From: Eubacteriales bacterium
GTDB taxonomy: Bacteria; Bacillota; Clostridia; Oscillospirales; CAG-272
NCBI GenBank assembly: GCA_045633405.1
Contig: JAZQYD010000058.1
Span: 11,086 to 75,085, forward strand
Length of the DNA: 64,000 nt
Direction of reading: 5' to 3'
The translations under genes were made by a program, and so were the position numbers. The notes beneath the pieces were generated by a model that was not told where the DNA came from, did not search any database, and worked only from the letters and a program-made list of their open reading frames with translations. This document shows positions 26,147 to 35,447 of this stretch, piece by piece; within the stretch, counting starts at the first letter, position 1; each line of letters begins with the position of its first letter.

Positions 26147-26448
26147 GTTTATTAACGTTTTTAAAGAAAGCATTTGGCGATATGAAAAAGAGTGCACAGT
26201 CACAGCACGAGGCCGACAAGGCGAACCTCAGAGCAGTCAAGGCAGAGTCGAGAGCGAGCTTTGAAGAAAACAGAGGCAGAAATACCCTCAAAAGAGCCAA
26301 GGCTGAGGCCAAACGAAGCTGGAATGACGCTCATTTGAGTCCCTCCGAAAGAGAGGCTAAGATGGAAGAAGCACGTAGGCTTCAGATAGCGGAAGCGGAA
26401 GCCAGGATCAAGGTGGCCGATGAACGCTATGAGGCGGCTAAAAAATAA
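26143..26448 (+). CDS. Small Lys/Glu/Ala-rich predicted coiled-coil protein with N-terminal amphipathic helix, unknown function
   Basis: 101 aa. AAGGAGAAGG RBS. MSLLTFLKKAFGDMKK..., then a charged helical sequence. First gene of the ABC cluster. Confidence 0.5.
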   Translation: MSLLTFLKKAFGDMKKSAQSQHEADKANLRAVKAESRASFEENRGRNTLKRAKAEAKRSWNDAHLSPSEREAKMEEARRLQIAEAEARIKVADERYEAAKK

Positions 26449-26506
26449 TGAAAAAGCGAGGTACAATCCGTGCCTCGCTAAAGCTGTATATGGAAAGGAG
26501 AATCTT

Positions 26507-27415
26507 ATGAATGCCATCGAAATTAAGGGGCTTTCAAAAAGCTTCCGGGGTATGTATGCGGTAGATCATCTGAACATGACGGTGCCGGAGGGGGCTATCT
26601 ACGGCTTCATCGGCGAAAACGGCTCGGGAAAATCAACCACAGAGAAGCTGATCTGCGGTCACCTTGTTCCCGACTGCGGAGAAATAAAGCTGTTCGGCAG
26701 AGATTACCGAGACCCCGGCGTACGTATAAAAATCGGAGCTCTGATAGAGAATGCAGGATGCTTCCCCGGCTCCTCGGTTTATCAGAATTTAAAAATGCAA
26801 TGTCTCAATCTGGGAATTGAAAATGCAGAGGATGAGATAGACCGTGTTCTTCGTATAGTGCGTATGGAGGAGCACCGTGAATTAAGGTTCAAGAGCTGCT
26901 CTCTCGGTATGAAGCAGCGTATCGGCATTGCAATGGCTCTGCTCGGCGACCCTGCCCTTCTGATTTTAGACGAGCCTATCAACGGACTTGACACTGACGG
27001 TATGAGGATTATGCGTGAGATCCTACTCGATATTACGAAAAACTACGGATGCACGGTGCTTATATCCTCCCATCTTTTAGGGGAGCTTGAAAAAATAGCT
27101 ACACACTACGGCATAATCCGTCAAGGAAGATTGATAAAAGAAATGTCAGCCTCGGAGATGGATGCAAGAGCTCAGGTCTTCACAAGCTTAAGGGCGGCGG
27201 ATATGAATGCCGTCTATAATATATTGAAGGAAAAATACAATGACGTAAGGCTCGAGGGGGATAGCATCCGAGTATATGACGTGGATGACACCGAAGGTAT
27301 TGTATCTTACCTTATGGAAAAAGGCCATGCGGTAAGTGAGATCAAGAAAAGCAAGATAGGTCTCGAGGAATACTATATTGAGCTTATGTCAAAGCAAGGA
27401 GGACAGGAATTATGA
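26507..27415 (+). CDS. ABC transporter ATP-binding protein (bacitracin/lantibiotic-protection type), copy 1
   Basis: Start trimmed to MNAIEIKGLSKSF after GGAAAGGAG. GENGSGKST (Walker A), SLGMKQRIGIAMAL (signature), LLILDEPINGLD (Walker B). Confidence 0.85.
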   Translation: MNAIEIKGLSKSFRGMYAVDHLNMTVPEGAIYGFIGENGSGKSTTEKLICGHLVPDCGEIKLFGRDYRDPGVRIKIGALIENAGCFPGSSVYQNLKMQCLNLGIENAEDEIDRVLRIVRMEEHRELRFKSCSLGMKQRIGIAMALLGDPALLILDEPINGLDTDGMRIMREILLDITKNYGCTVLISSHLLGELEKIATHYGIIRQGRLIKEMSASEMDARAQVFTSLRAADMNAVYNILKEKYNDVRLEGDSIRVYDVDDTEGIVSYLMEKGHAVSEIKKSKIGLEEYYIELMSKQGGQEL

Positions 27416-28245
27416 CTGAAAGCATGAGATTTGACTCACCCTGCTTCACCGAGAGGATAAAAAGAATGCTCGGTGTCGACCTATACCGTCTCTTCCACAC
27501 ACCGTTATTTTACATATTCCTTGCAATTTCTGCAATCATTCCTGCAATGGTATCGGGAATGACCACCATGACAGACCAGAACGGTGAAGTCATACAGCTC
27601 TACACCAACGTATGGCAGATAATCGCGGCAGAGGACTCACTTTACGTTGTAAACGGAATAGCCGACTATGCAAACATGAATATGGTGTTTATCTTCGGCG
27701 GAATTATGGTGTCCATTTTTATCGGTCACGATTACAAGAGCGGATACGTCAAGCAGCTCTTCACTGCTCACTCAAAAAAAGAGGACTACATCATATCCAA
27801 AGCTATTACGTGTGCGTTAGCAATGGCGTGTATGTGTATCACCTATCTCCTTGGCGGCATAGCGGGCGGATTGTTCGCTGGCTACGAATGGAAGGTAAGC
27901 ATTTTCTCACTTCTTATAGCCATCATCGGTAAAATAATCATGTCACTCGGATGGGCAAGCCTCTTTACCTTCTTGAACGTAATATTCAGAAAGAATTTCA
28001 GCTTATCTATTGCATCATCCTTCTTCTTCGGTACAGGTATACTTATCATAGGTGCGGCAACCGCAATCGAGGCACTTGAGCTTCCTACGTACTGCCTCAA
28101 CCTCTTCCTTTACGGATCCTCCGTAAATGCTTGTCTCGAAAGTCACATGGGTACTCTCGCTATATGCATTTTGGTTTCTGTGATGTGGACGCTCATTTAC
28201 ACTCTTCTCGGTACTCTTGTCCTGAACAAGAGCGACGTTTATTAA
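27412..28245 (+). CDS. ABC-2-type permease, copy 1
   Basis: 277 aa, about 6 TM. ATGA overlap with the upstream ATPase. An extracytoplasmic loop follows TM1. Confidence 0.7.
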   Translation: MTESMRFDSPCFTERIKRMLGVDLYRLFHTPLFYIFLAISAIIPAMVSGMTTMTDQNGEVIQLYTNVWQIIAAEDSLYVVNGIADYANMNMVFIFGGIMVSIFIGHDYKSGYVKQLFTAHSKKEDYIISKAITCALAMACMCITYLLGGIAGGLFAGYEWKVSIFSLLIAIIGKIIMSLGWASLFTFLNVIFRKNFSLSIASSFFFGTGILIIGAATAIEALELPTYCLNLFLYGSSVNACLESHMGTLAICILVSVMWTLIYTLLGTLVLNKSDVY

Positions 28246-28258
28246 GGAGGCCTCGGAT

Positions 28259-29167
28259 ATGAACGCAATAGAAATAAATAATTTAAGAAAGGTCTTCGGT
28301 TCAAAAGAAGCCCTCGCAGGTTTAAGCATGACGGTTCCCGAGGGTGCGATATATGGATTTATAGGCGAAAACGGCTCGGGAAAATCCACAACGGAAAAGA
28401 TCATATGCGGACTCATACACGAAAGCGGAGGCAGCGTAAGACTTTACGGGAAGCCGCATACCGATGCGGACGTCCGCTCTCAGATGGGCGTGCTGATCGA
28501 GGCTCCCGGATGCTTTCCCAATCTGTCCGTTTGGAGCAATATGATGATCCAAGCGGCAAATCTCTCTATTAAAAACCCGAAGGAAGAGATAATAAAGGTA
28601 TTAAAAACCGTGCGAATGGAGGGAGCGGCAGGAAACAAATACAAGAACTGCTCGCTCGGAATGAAGCAACGTATAGGTATCGCAATGGCTCTTCTCGGTA
28701 GCCCGAGACTGTTAATACTCGATGAGCCGATAAACGGGCTTGATGCTGACGGAATGAGAATTATGCGTGAGGTGCTGACTGACCTTGCACACTCGGGTAC
28801 AACCGTGGTTATATCCTCTCACGTTCTCGGCGAGCTCGAGAAGATAGCTACTCATTACGGAATTATCAAGGGCGGCAGAATGATAGCGGAGATGACAGCC
28901 GAGGAGCTCGAAAGGAGCTGTCGGACGTTTATCAAGCTTCGTGCCGGGGATATGAACCGTGCGGCAGTACTTCTCAGGGCGGAATTCTCATGCGTTGAAG
29001 ATGACCGTGAGGGCGGTTATATCCGCATTTATGATAATATAAGATGCGAGGATGCGGTGGAATATTTATATAAAAACGGCATCGCTGTAAGTGAAATTCT
29101 GAAGGACCGTATCAGCCTCGAGGAATACTACATCGATCTTATGAGGGAGGTTAAGAAAAATGACTGA
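28259..29167 (+). CDS. ABC transporter ATP-binding protein, copy 2 (paralogue of 26507-27415)
   Basis: 302 aa. Same motifs as copy 1 and roughly 60% identical to it by eye. Confidence 0.85.
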   Translation: MNAIEINNLRKVFGSKEALAGLSMTVPEGAIYGFIGENGSGKSTTEKIICGLIHESGGSVRLYGKPHTDADVRSQMGVLIEAPGCFPNLSVWSNMMIQAANLSIKNPKEEIIKVLKTVRMEGAAGNKYKNCSLGMKQRIGIAMALLGSPRLLILDEPINGLDADGMRIMREVLTDLAHSGTTVVISSHVLGELEKIATHYGIIKGGRMIAEMTAEELERSCRTFIKLRAGDMNRAAVLLRAEFSCVEDDREGGYIRIYDNIRCEDAVEYLYKNGIAVSEILKDRISLEEYYIDLMREVKKND

Positions 29168-29987
29168 TACAGCCTGTAAATATAATTTCAAAAAACGCTT
29201 TTGCAGTATGATGAGGGTGGATTTAAAAAGGCTTTTCCTCTCGCGTGTCTTCTATATTATGCTTGTCATTTGTCTTGCTTCACCCATTCTTATACTTGTC
29301 ATGACCACGATGATGGACGGATCGGTTTCCGTAAATGCACAGACGGGAGAGGAAACCGTCATAGAGGGCTTTGATAACGTCTGGCAGATAATAGGATCGG
29401 TAAGCGACAAAAGCACAGCCTCAGAGGGCGAAGGGGCCGAGGCTATGGAAATGAATATAACCTCAATGTGCAATATCAATATGCTGTATTTTGGAATTAT
29501 TGCTCTTATATCCGTCTTTGTGTCAGAGGATTTCAGGAGCGGCTACTCAAAAAATCTTTTCACGGTAAGAGCGAAAAAGAGTGATTACGTAGCTTCAAAG
29601 ACGGTAATTCTGTGCTTCGGCTCTGCCATTATGATATTCGCTTTCTTCATAGGCTCGCTCATCGGCGGTGCTCTAACAGGTCAGCCGTTTGATATGATCG
29701 GCTTCAACGGGCTTAACCTTTTGATGTGTATATTATCCAAAACAGCTTTAGTGGGGGTATTCGTACCGATTTATCTCGTTATGAGCACGGTGGCAAAGGA
29801 AAAGGTGTGGATGTCCGCGATTCTCTCTATGACCGTAGGAATGTTCCTCTTTATGATGATCCCCATGCTTACTCCGCTCGATGCGACACTATGGCACTTG
29901 CTCCTCATTCTGATAGGAGGCGTGGGAATGAGCGTAGGCATCGGTAGAGTCAGCACACGGGTGCTTGAGAAAATCAGTCTCGTATAA
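29160..29987 (+). CDS. ABC-2-type permease, copy 2 (paralogue of 27412-28245)
   Basis: 275 aa. Same topology. Shared motifs are VDL.RLF and NVWQIIG. Confidence 0.7.
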   Translation: MTDTACKYNFKKRFCSMMRVDLKRLFLSRVFYIMLVICLASPILILVMTTMMDGSVSVNAQTGEETVIEGFDNVWQIIGSVSDKSTASEGEGAEAMEMNITSMCNINMLYFGIIALISVFVSEDFRSGYSKNLFTVRAKKSDYVASKTVILCFGSAIMIFAFFIGSLIGGALTGQPFDMIGFNGLNLLMCILSKTALVGVFVPIYLVMSTVAKEKVWMSAILSMTVGMFLFMMIPMLTPLDATLWHLLLILIGGVGMSVGIGRVSTRVLEKISLV

Positions 29988-29997
29988 TTAACAGCTT

Positions 29998-30035
29998 GAG
30001 AAAATCAGGGCCCCGCCTTGGTTTTCTCTTTTTTC
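29998..30035 (+). terminator. Rho-independent terminator after the ABC genes
   Basis: GAGAAAATCAGGG-ccccg-CCTTGGTTTTCTC followed by TTTTTT. Confidence 0.8.
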
Positions 30036-30156
30036 ACATATGCCCCGATTATTCAATTCTAAATAAGAAAAATGAAGCTTAGAAACATTTCTTTAACAAT
30101 TACATGCTATTATAAAAGCAGCATTTAAAGGCTACGCCCTTTTGGAGGATCATAAT

Positions 30157-30828
30157 ATGTTTAAAATTTTAGTATTAGAGGATGACAGAGATCTCAACCG
30201 CTCGGTATGCACCTTTCTCAATAGCACTGGGTACGAGGCCGTCGGCTGTCTTAATGCAGCGAGTGCATATGACGAGATGTATAAGACCACATTCGATCTT
30301 ATCGTATCCGATATTATGATGCCCGATATTGACGGGTTCGAGTTTGTGAAGACGGTTCGCTCACTGAATAACGATATTCCCATTTTGTTTGTCAGTGCAA
30401 GGGATGATTTCGCATCGAAGCAAAGGGGATTCCGCATAGGCATAGACGATTATATGACGAAGCCCGTGGATCTTGATGAGATGTTTCTGCGTATCGGTGC
30501 TCTGCTCAGAAGATCGAAGATAGCATCCAGCAGAAGACTCGAGGTCGGTACGCTGGTGATGGACGTGGATGAGCGTTCCTGCACTCTTAACGGAGATGAG
30601 ATCGCACTAACCGTGAGAGAATTCGACCTTCTCTACAAGCTCCTCTCGTACCCCAAAAAGACCTTCACGAGAACACAGCTGATGGATGAGTTCTGGGATG
30701 CCGATACAGAGACCGGCACAAGGACTGTCGACGTGTATATAACCAAGCTTCGCTCAAAGCTTGCGGAATGCGACTCGTTCGAGATACAGACAGTACACGG
30801 TCTCGGTTACAAGGCGGTGATAAAATGA
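30157..30828 (+). CDS. OmpR-family response regulator
   Basis: GGAGG followed by ATG at 30157. MFKILVLEDD..., phospho-acceptor context DLIVSDIMMPDIDG, and a winged-helix C-terminus (VDVYITKLRSKL...GLGYK). Confidence 0.9.
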   Translation: MFKILVLEDDRDLNRSVCTFLNSTGYEAVGCLNAASAYDEMYKTTFDLIVSDIMMPDIDGFEFVKTVRSLNNDIPILFVSARDDFASKQRGFRIGIDDYMTKPVDLDEMFLRIGALLRRSKIASSRRLEVGTLVMDVDERSCTLNGDEIALTVREFDLLYKLLSYPKKTFTRTQLMDEFWDADTETGTRTVDVYITKLRSKLAECDSFEIQTVHGLGYKAVIK

Positions 30829-31910
30829 AGAAGAGTAATATCTCGCGGGGTGTCATCGGCACCTTCAGTACGTTTTTTACATTCTTCTTACTTGCAGCAT
30901 TCGTTACAACGTGTTGTATAATGCTGTTCGTTACTACCCTGCAAAATTCTATTATGCACAGCTTCACGGAGGAAGAGATCACCTTTGCGGCCAAAGCGAC
31001 AATGCTGAACGTGATTACGCTAAGCTTAGGTATGGCGGCTATCGACTACTTAAGACGTAAGCACACGGTCGAGAAGCCCGTAAAAAGGATCACCGAAGCG
31101 ACAGAGAGGATGATCGAGGGTGATTTCTCGGTTCGCATTGAGCACGTATCGAAGTTTGCGACCGGTGAACACTTCAACGATATTATTGAATGCATCAATA
31201 AAATGGCAGAGGAGCTCTCGGGTCTTGAGACTCTGCGAACTGATTTTATCGCCAACGTTTCTCACGAAATGAAGACACCCCTCGCAGTAATACACAATTA
31301 CGGCATGCTTCTATCATCCGAGGACCTCTCTTCGGATAAGAGGATCGAGTATGCGGGTATCATAATCGACTCGTCGAAAAAGCTATCGGATATGATGACG
31401 AACATATTGAAGCTGACAAGGCTTGAAAACCAGAGTATATACCCTGAAGCTAAAAAATTCGACCTTGGAGAGCAGCTCTGCGAATGTCTCATACTCTATG
31501 AGAGCGAATGGGAGAGAAAGAATATAACCATCAGGACCGATATAGACGAGGACGTCACAGTATGTGCTGACAGAGAGCTTCTCACCCTTGTATGGAACAA
31601 CCTCTTTTCCAACGCCTTTAAATTCACCGAAGGCGGCGGCGAGGTCACTCTCGACGTAAAGCGTGACGGCGAATACGCCACCGTCAGAATAAGCGATACA
31701 GGATGCGGTATGAGTGCAGAGGTAGGTGCTCATATATTTGAAAAATTCTATCAGGCCGACCCTTCTCGGTCTACTGCGGGAAACGGTCTCGGACTTGCCC
31801 TTGTGAAGAGAGTAATCGATATTGTCGAGGCGGAGATATCGGTTGAGAGCACGGTGGGAGTCGGAACTACGGTAACGGTAAAGGTAAAGAGGGGCGAGGA
31901 TGGATTATAA
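30825..31910 (+). CDS. Sensor histidine kinase (2 TM with a short ~20-aa outer loop, HAMP, HisKA, HATPase)
   Basis: ATGA overlap with the RR stop. H-box SHEMKTPL, N-box LVWNNLFSNAFKF, G-boxes DTGCGM and GNGLGLAL. The very short loop between TM1 and TM2 suggests intramembrane sensing. Confidence 0.85.
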   Translation: MKKSNISRGVIGTFSTFFTFFLLAAFVTTCCIMLFVTTLQNSIMHSFTEEEITFAAKATMLNVITLSLGMAAIDYLRRKHTVEKPVKRITEATERMIEGDFSVRIEHVSKFATGEHFNDIIECINKMAEELSGLETLRTDFIANVSHEMKTPLAVIHNYGMLLSSEDLSSDKRIEYAGIIIDSSKKLSDMMTNILKLTRLENQSIYPEAKKFDLGEQLCECLILYESEWERKNITIRTDIDEDVTVCADRELLTLVWNNLFSNAFKFTEGGGEVTLDVKRDGEYATVRISDTGCGMSAEVGAHIFEKFYQADPSRSTAGNGLGLALVKRVIDIVEAEISVESTVGVGTTVTVKVKRGEDGL

Positions 31911-32793
31911 AAGACTCGCACACGTGCTTCTCTATCCGCCCGTTATTCTAATCTGCCTGCTTGCTCCGATATCGGCTGTATTTCTTATATTATGTATGGT
32001 CTTCTTAGGCTCAGAGTCGCCTATCAGCATTGCATCCTACGTGCTCTCTGCATATATCCTTACAGTCATATGCGTCAGGATGCCGGAAATAATACGCTGC
32101 ACGCGTACCTTCGTAAAAGAAAACAGACTCATAAAAATATGGAGAAGCAACCCTCGCTTAAGAGTAAACACGCAGCTCTATACATCGCTTAGCTGTAATA
32201 TTCTCTTCGCTGCATTCCAGCTGGCACTCGGTATATATCATAAAACCTTCTGGTACTGCTCATTAGGTGCATATTACATATGCCTTGTATTCATGCGTTC
32301 ATTCCTGGTGCTGTATACAACACGCCACGTGGGCGGTGAAAGAATAAAAACCGAGCTGATAAAATACCGTATCTGCGGTATCGCTTTTCTCATATTGAAC
32401 CAGGCACTCGGTGTTATCATATTCTTTATGCTCTATTTCGAGAGAAGCTTCGAGCATCACATGATAACGGCAATCGCAATGGCGGTCTACACCTTTACGG
32501 CATTCACGGTGGCAAGCGTTAACATTATAAGATTCAAGAAATATAAAAGCCCCGTCTACTCTGCATCCAAGGCGATCAGCTTAGCGGCGGCTTGCGTATC
32601 AATGCTGACGCTGACGTCTACCATGCTGACAACCTTCTCCGACGGCTCGATCACTCCTAAAATGCAGAGATTTATGCTCGGAGCAGTAGGCGTAGCGGTC
32701 ATATTCGTGGTACTCGGAATGGCTATTTATATGATAGTCAACGGCACAAAAAGACTCAATCTATTAAAAAGAGAAGAAGAAAAGGAACAGTAA
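31900..32793 (+). CDS. Polytopic membrane protein (~8 TM), unknown family
   Basis: 297 aa. Overlaps the HK stop by 11 nt. Highly hydrophobic. No motif recognised. Confidence 0.55.
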   Translation: MDYKRLAHVLLYPPVILICLLAPISAVFLILCMVFLGSESPISIASYVLSAYILTVICVRMPEIIRCTRTFVKENRLIKIWRSNPRLRVNTQLYTSLSCNILFAAFQLALGIYHKTFWYCSLGAYYICLVFMRSFLVLYTTRHVGGERIKTELIKYRICGIAFLILNQALGVIIFFMLYFERSFEHHMITAIAMAVYTFTAFTVASVNIIRFKKYKSPVYSASKAISLAAACVSMLTLTSTMLTTFSDGSITPKMQRFMLGAVGVAVIFVVLGMAIYMIVNGTKRLNLLKREEEKEQ

Positions 32794-33191
32794 TGGAAAA
32801 AAACAAAGAATTCAAATACACCTATTCCGCACGTGAGCAGGCGGAGATAAGACACATTCGTGAAAAATACACGAAGCCCCCCTGTGACGAGGACAAGTTG
32901 GCGAGGCTCAGGCGTCTTGATGCAAGCGTTACCGGAAGGGCTCAGGCGGTATCGCTCATATTCGGCGTGGTAGGCATGCTCATTCTCGGTCTTGGTATGA
33001 GTCTCGTTATGACCGATTTCGGAGAGATCGTAGGAGGCGGAGTTGTCGCTATGCTGGTCGGCGTTACCGTTGGTATCGTGGGCGGCGTTTTTGCAAGCCT
33101 TGCATACCCGATATACGCAAGAATTGTCTCATCGAGAAAAAGAAAGCTCGCCCCTGAGATCCTACGCCTCACAGACGAGCTGATGAAATGA
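32793..33191 (+). CDS. Small membrane protein (cytoplasmic N-domain + 2 TM), unknown family
   Basis: 132 aa. TAATG overlap with the upstream gene. MEKNKEFKYTYSAREQAEIRHIREKY..., then two Gly-rich TM helices. Confidence 0.5.
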   Translation: MEKNKEFKYTYSAREQAEIRHIREKYTKPPCDEDKLARLRRLDASVTGRAQAVSLIFGVVGMLILGLGMSLVMTDFGEIVGGGVVAMLVGVTVGIVGGVFASLAYPIYARIVSSRKRKLAPEILRLTDELMK

Positions 33192-33254
33192 CCTACAACC
33201 TGTATGCGTAATACAGTGAGTACTCATTTTTCCTTACAAAATGGTTTAATTCGC

Positions 33255-33283
33255 TTGACTTATCCCACGCATAATGATAAAAT
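33255..33283 (+). promoter_or_regulatory. Sigma-A-type promoter of the GH42-like gene
   Basis: TTGACT (33255-60), 17 nt, TAAAAT (33278-83). A GTGACACC-gcga-GGTGTCAC hairpin sits just before the RBS. Confidence 0.65.
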
Positions 33284-33340
33284 TTAGTAAAATGAATTTA
33301 TTTTATCAAGTGACACCGCGAGGTGTCACGGGGAGGCAAA

Positions 33341-35392
33341 ATGAGAGTAACTCTCAGGGATTTTGGCGACAGAAAGCACATTTATGCTGATGAAAAACCG
33401 ATAGATTTCTTAGCCTTTAAGAGCTTCCGTCCTACGAAAAATAACGTAAGCGATTTTTACAAGGCGGGAGTGCGTATATTCCACGTATACTGCTCGGGTC
33501 TTCGCTCTGCTATCAAGATGCCCTACTCTCTTTACGGAGAAAGCTGGCTCGGAGATGGAAGGTATTGCTTCGACAACGTAGACGAGCAGATAGATTTCTT
33601 CCTCGGATGTGCTCCTGATGCACTGCTTTTCATAAATATACATCTTGACGTACGTGAGTGGTGGCAGGAGATGCACCCCGGCACCCCCAGCTCGTTCTAT
33701 AATCTCTCACAGATCGCAGGGGATGAAAAGTGGAGGCGTGACACGGCGGACTTTCTCCGTGCTCTTATGCGTCACGTAGAGGCGAAATACAATAAAAACG
33801 TGCTCTGCTACTGGCTTCTCGGAGGCTACACCACGGAATGGTTCAGCCACGATGACTACGAGGAGAGCCACCCCATAAAGCTCGAGGCGTACAGAAAATA
33901 CATGAACGACTCCACGATCGTTATCCCCTCGAAGGAGAGACTCGAGCGTGCGAAGGAGGAGATATTCCTTGATCCCGTGCTCGACAGGGATATTATCGAC
34001 TACCGCAGATTCCATTCCGAGCTTATTACGGACACGATTCTGTATTTCGCCAAGGAGGCGTGTGAGGAGATAGGTCACTCGAAGCTCATCGGAGTGTCCT
34101 CGGGCTACGTTATGGAGCTCGTCGGAGGCACCGTATGGGATTTCGGTCAGCTCGGCTTCGACAGACTCAACGAGAGCGAATATATCGATATAATCGGCAC
34201 CCCCTCGTCCTATAAGCTCCGCACGTATGACGATTGCGGAGGATACATGCTTCTCACCGACTCGGTGATGAACAATGGCAAATTATATATTTCCTCATTC
34301 GATAATCAGACCTACATATCAAGAAGTGCGTTCTCAAATCCGAGAAGGCTCTGCAACGATGAGGAAACGGTCGAGGCATATAAGAGGCTGACGGGCGGAT
34401 ATTATCAAAGAAACGATGACCTCAAGACCTTCGACCAGACTCTCCACGCCATGAAGCGTGAGATGATGCACCGCCTTACCAAGCGTGCGGGCACGTGGTG
34501 GTTCGATATGCTCGAGGGCTGGTACTATGACGATGCCCTTATGGATGCGGTAAAATCCCTCGTTGACGTATCGGCGAAATTTAACACGGTACCCTCCCAC
34601 TCAACGTCGGAGATAGCCGTCTTCGTCTCGGGCGAATCACTCTACCGTGCTAACAAGCATTCTGCAATCTCGGACGAGCTTCTCGTATATCAGAGGAGTG
34701 CTCTCGGACATATAGGAGCACCGTACGATCTGTACTCCATCCGTGATCTTGCAAAAATAGATATTGACAAGTATAAGCTCTATATTTTTCCTAACGAGTA
34801 CTATCTCTCGGAGGATGAGAGAAAAATCATAAACGAGAGAGTCAAGGGAGGAGGCCGCTCGCTTCTGTTCGTCGGTGCACCCGACTACACGGCAGACGAC
34901 GGATTATCCATCGAGAGAGTCTCACGGATGCTTGAGATGAACGTATCCATCCTTGACAGAAGCGAAATGAAAATAGGTGCATACGGCTCATCCTACGGAT
35001 ATACCGAGCCTAAGAATCCCACGTTCTTCGTGAATGATGAAAATGCGGTCACACTCGGACGCTTCTATGAATCGAGAAGTGCGGGACTCGCACGAATAGA
35101 CAAGAATGGGTATTCCGTCTACTTCTCTTCCCTCGGCCGTATAAGCAGTGAGGTGCTCGCAAGCATAGCTAAGGAGGCAGGGGTTCATCTCTATTCGGAT
35201 GAGAACGTGCCCGTCTTCGTCAACAGTATTTTCATAGGCGTATACAACCCCAAGGCGGAGTTTACCAAGGTGACTCTTCCCGAGGACGGGATATTTGAGG
35301 ACATCTTCTCGGGCAAGGAATATAGGAGTGAAGGAAAAGCTCTTATCCTTCCTACGGGAGAGTCTCCCGCACAGATGCTCTACCGAAAATAA
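33341..35392 (+). CDS. Putative GH42-like glycoside hydrolase (TIM barrel + trimerisation-like alpha/beta domain), leaderless
   Basis: 683 aa from MRVTLRDFGD (GGGGAGG RBS). The middle region IAVFVSGESLY...YDLYSIRDL...YKLYIFPNEYYLSEDERKIINERVKGGGRSLLFVG resembles the GH42 trimerisation domain pattern. Weak, by eye only. Confidence 0.4.
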   Translation: MRVTLRDFGDRKHIYADEKPIDFLAFKSFRPTKNNVSDFYKAGVRIFHVYCSGLRSAIKMPYSLYGESWLGDGRYCFDNVDEQIDFFLGCAPDALLFINIHLDVREWWQEMHPGTPSSFYNLSQIAGDEKWRRDTADFLRALMRHVEAKYNKNVLCYWLLGGYTTEWFSHDDYEESHPIKLEAYRKYMNDSTIVIPSKERLERAKEEIFLDPVLDRDIIDYRRFHSELITDTILYFAKEACEEIGHSKLIGVSSGYVMELVGGTVWDFGQLGFDRLNESEYIDIIGTPSSYKLRTYDDCGGYMLLTDSVMNNGKLYISSFDNQTYISRSAFSNPRRLCNDEETVEAYKRLTGGYYQRNDDLKTFDQTLHAMKREMMHRLTKRAGTWWFDMLEGWYYDDALMDAVKSLVDVSAKFNTVPSHSTSEIAVFVSGESLYRANKHSAISDELLVYQRSALGHIGAPYDLYSIRDLAKIDIDKYKLYIFPNEYYLSEDERKIINERVKGGGRSLLFVGAPDYTADDGLSIERVSRMLEMNVSILDRSEMKIGAYGSSYGYTEPKNPTFFVNDENAVTLGRFYESRSAGLARIDKNGYSVYFSSLGRISSEVLASIAKEAGVHLYSDENVPVFVNSIFIGVYNPKAEFTKVTLPEDGIFEDIFSGKEYRSEGKALILPTGESPAQMLYRK

Positions 35393-35414
35393 ACCCTGGG
35401 TAAGTATTTATATA

Positions 35415-35445
35415 AAAATGACTCGAGGAAATCTCGAGCCATTTT
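35415..35445. terminator. Bidirectional terminator between convergent genes
   Basis: AAAATGACTCGAG-gaaat-CTCGAGCCATTTT, with A/T runs on both sides. Confidence 0.7.
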
Positions 35446-35447
35446 TA

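Noticed and set aside
25766-26506. Bacteriocin or lantibiotic precursor peptide upstream of the ABC immunity-like genes.
   Set aside because: - The only small ORFs are the 19-aa uORF and the 101-aa Lys/Glu-rich protein.
- Neither has a leader/core organisation, a Cys/Ser/Thr-rich core or a double-glycine motif.
- No modification enzymes are nearby.
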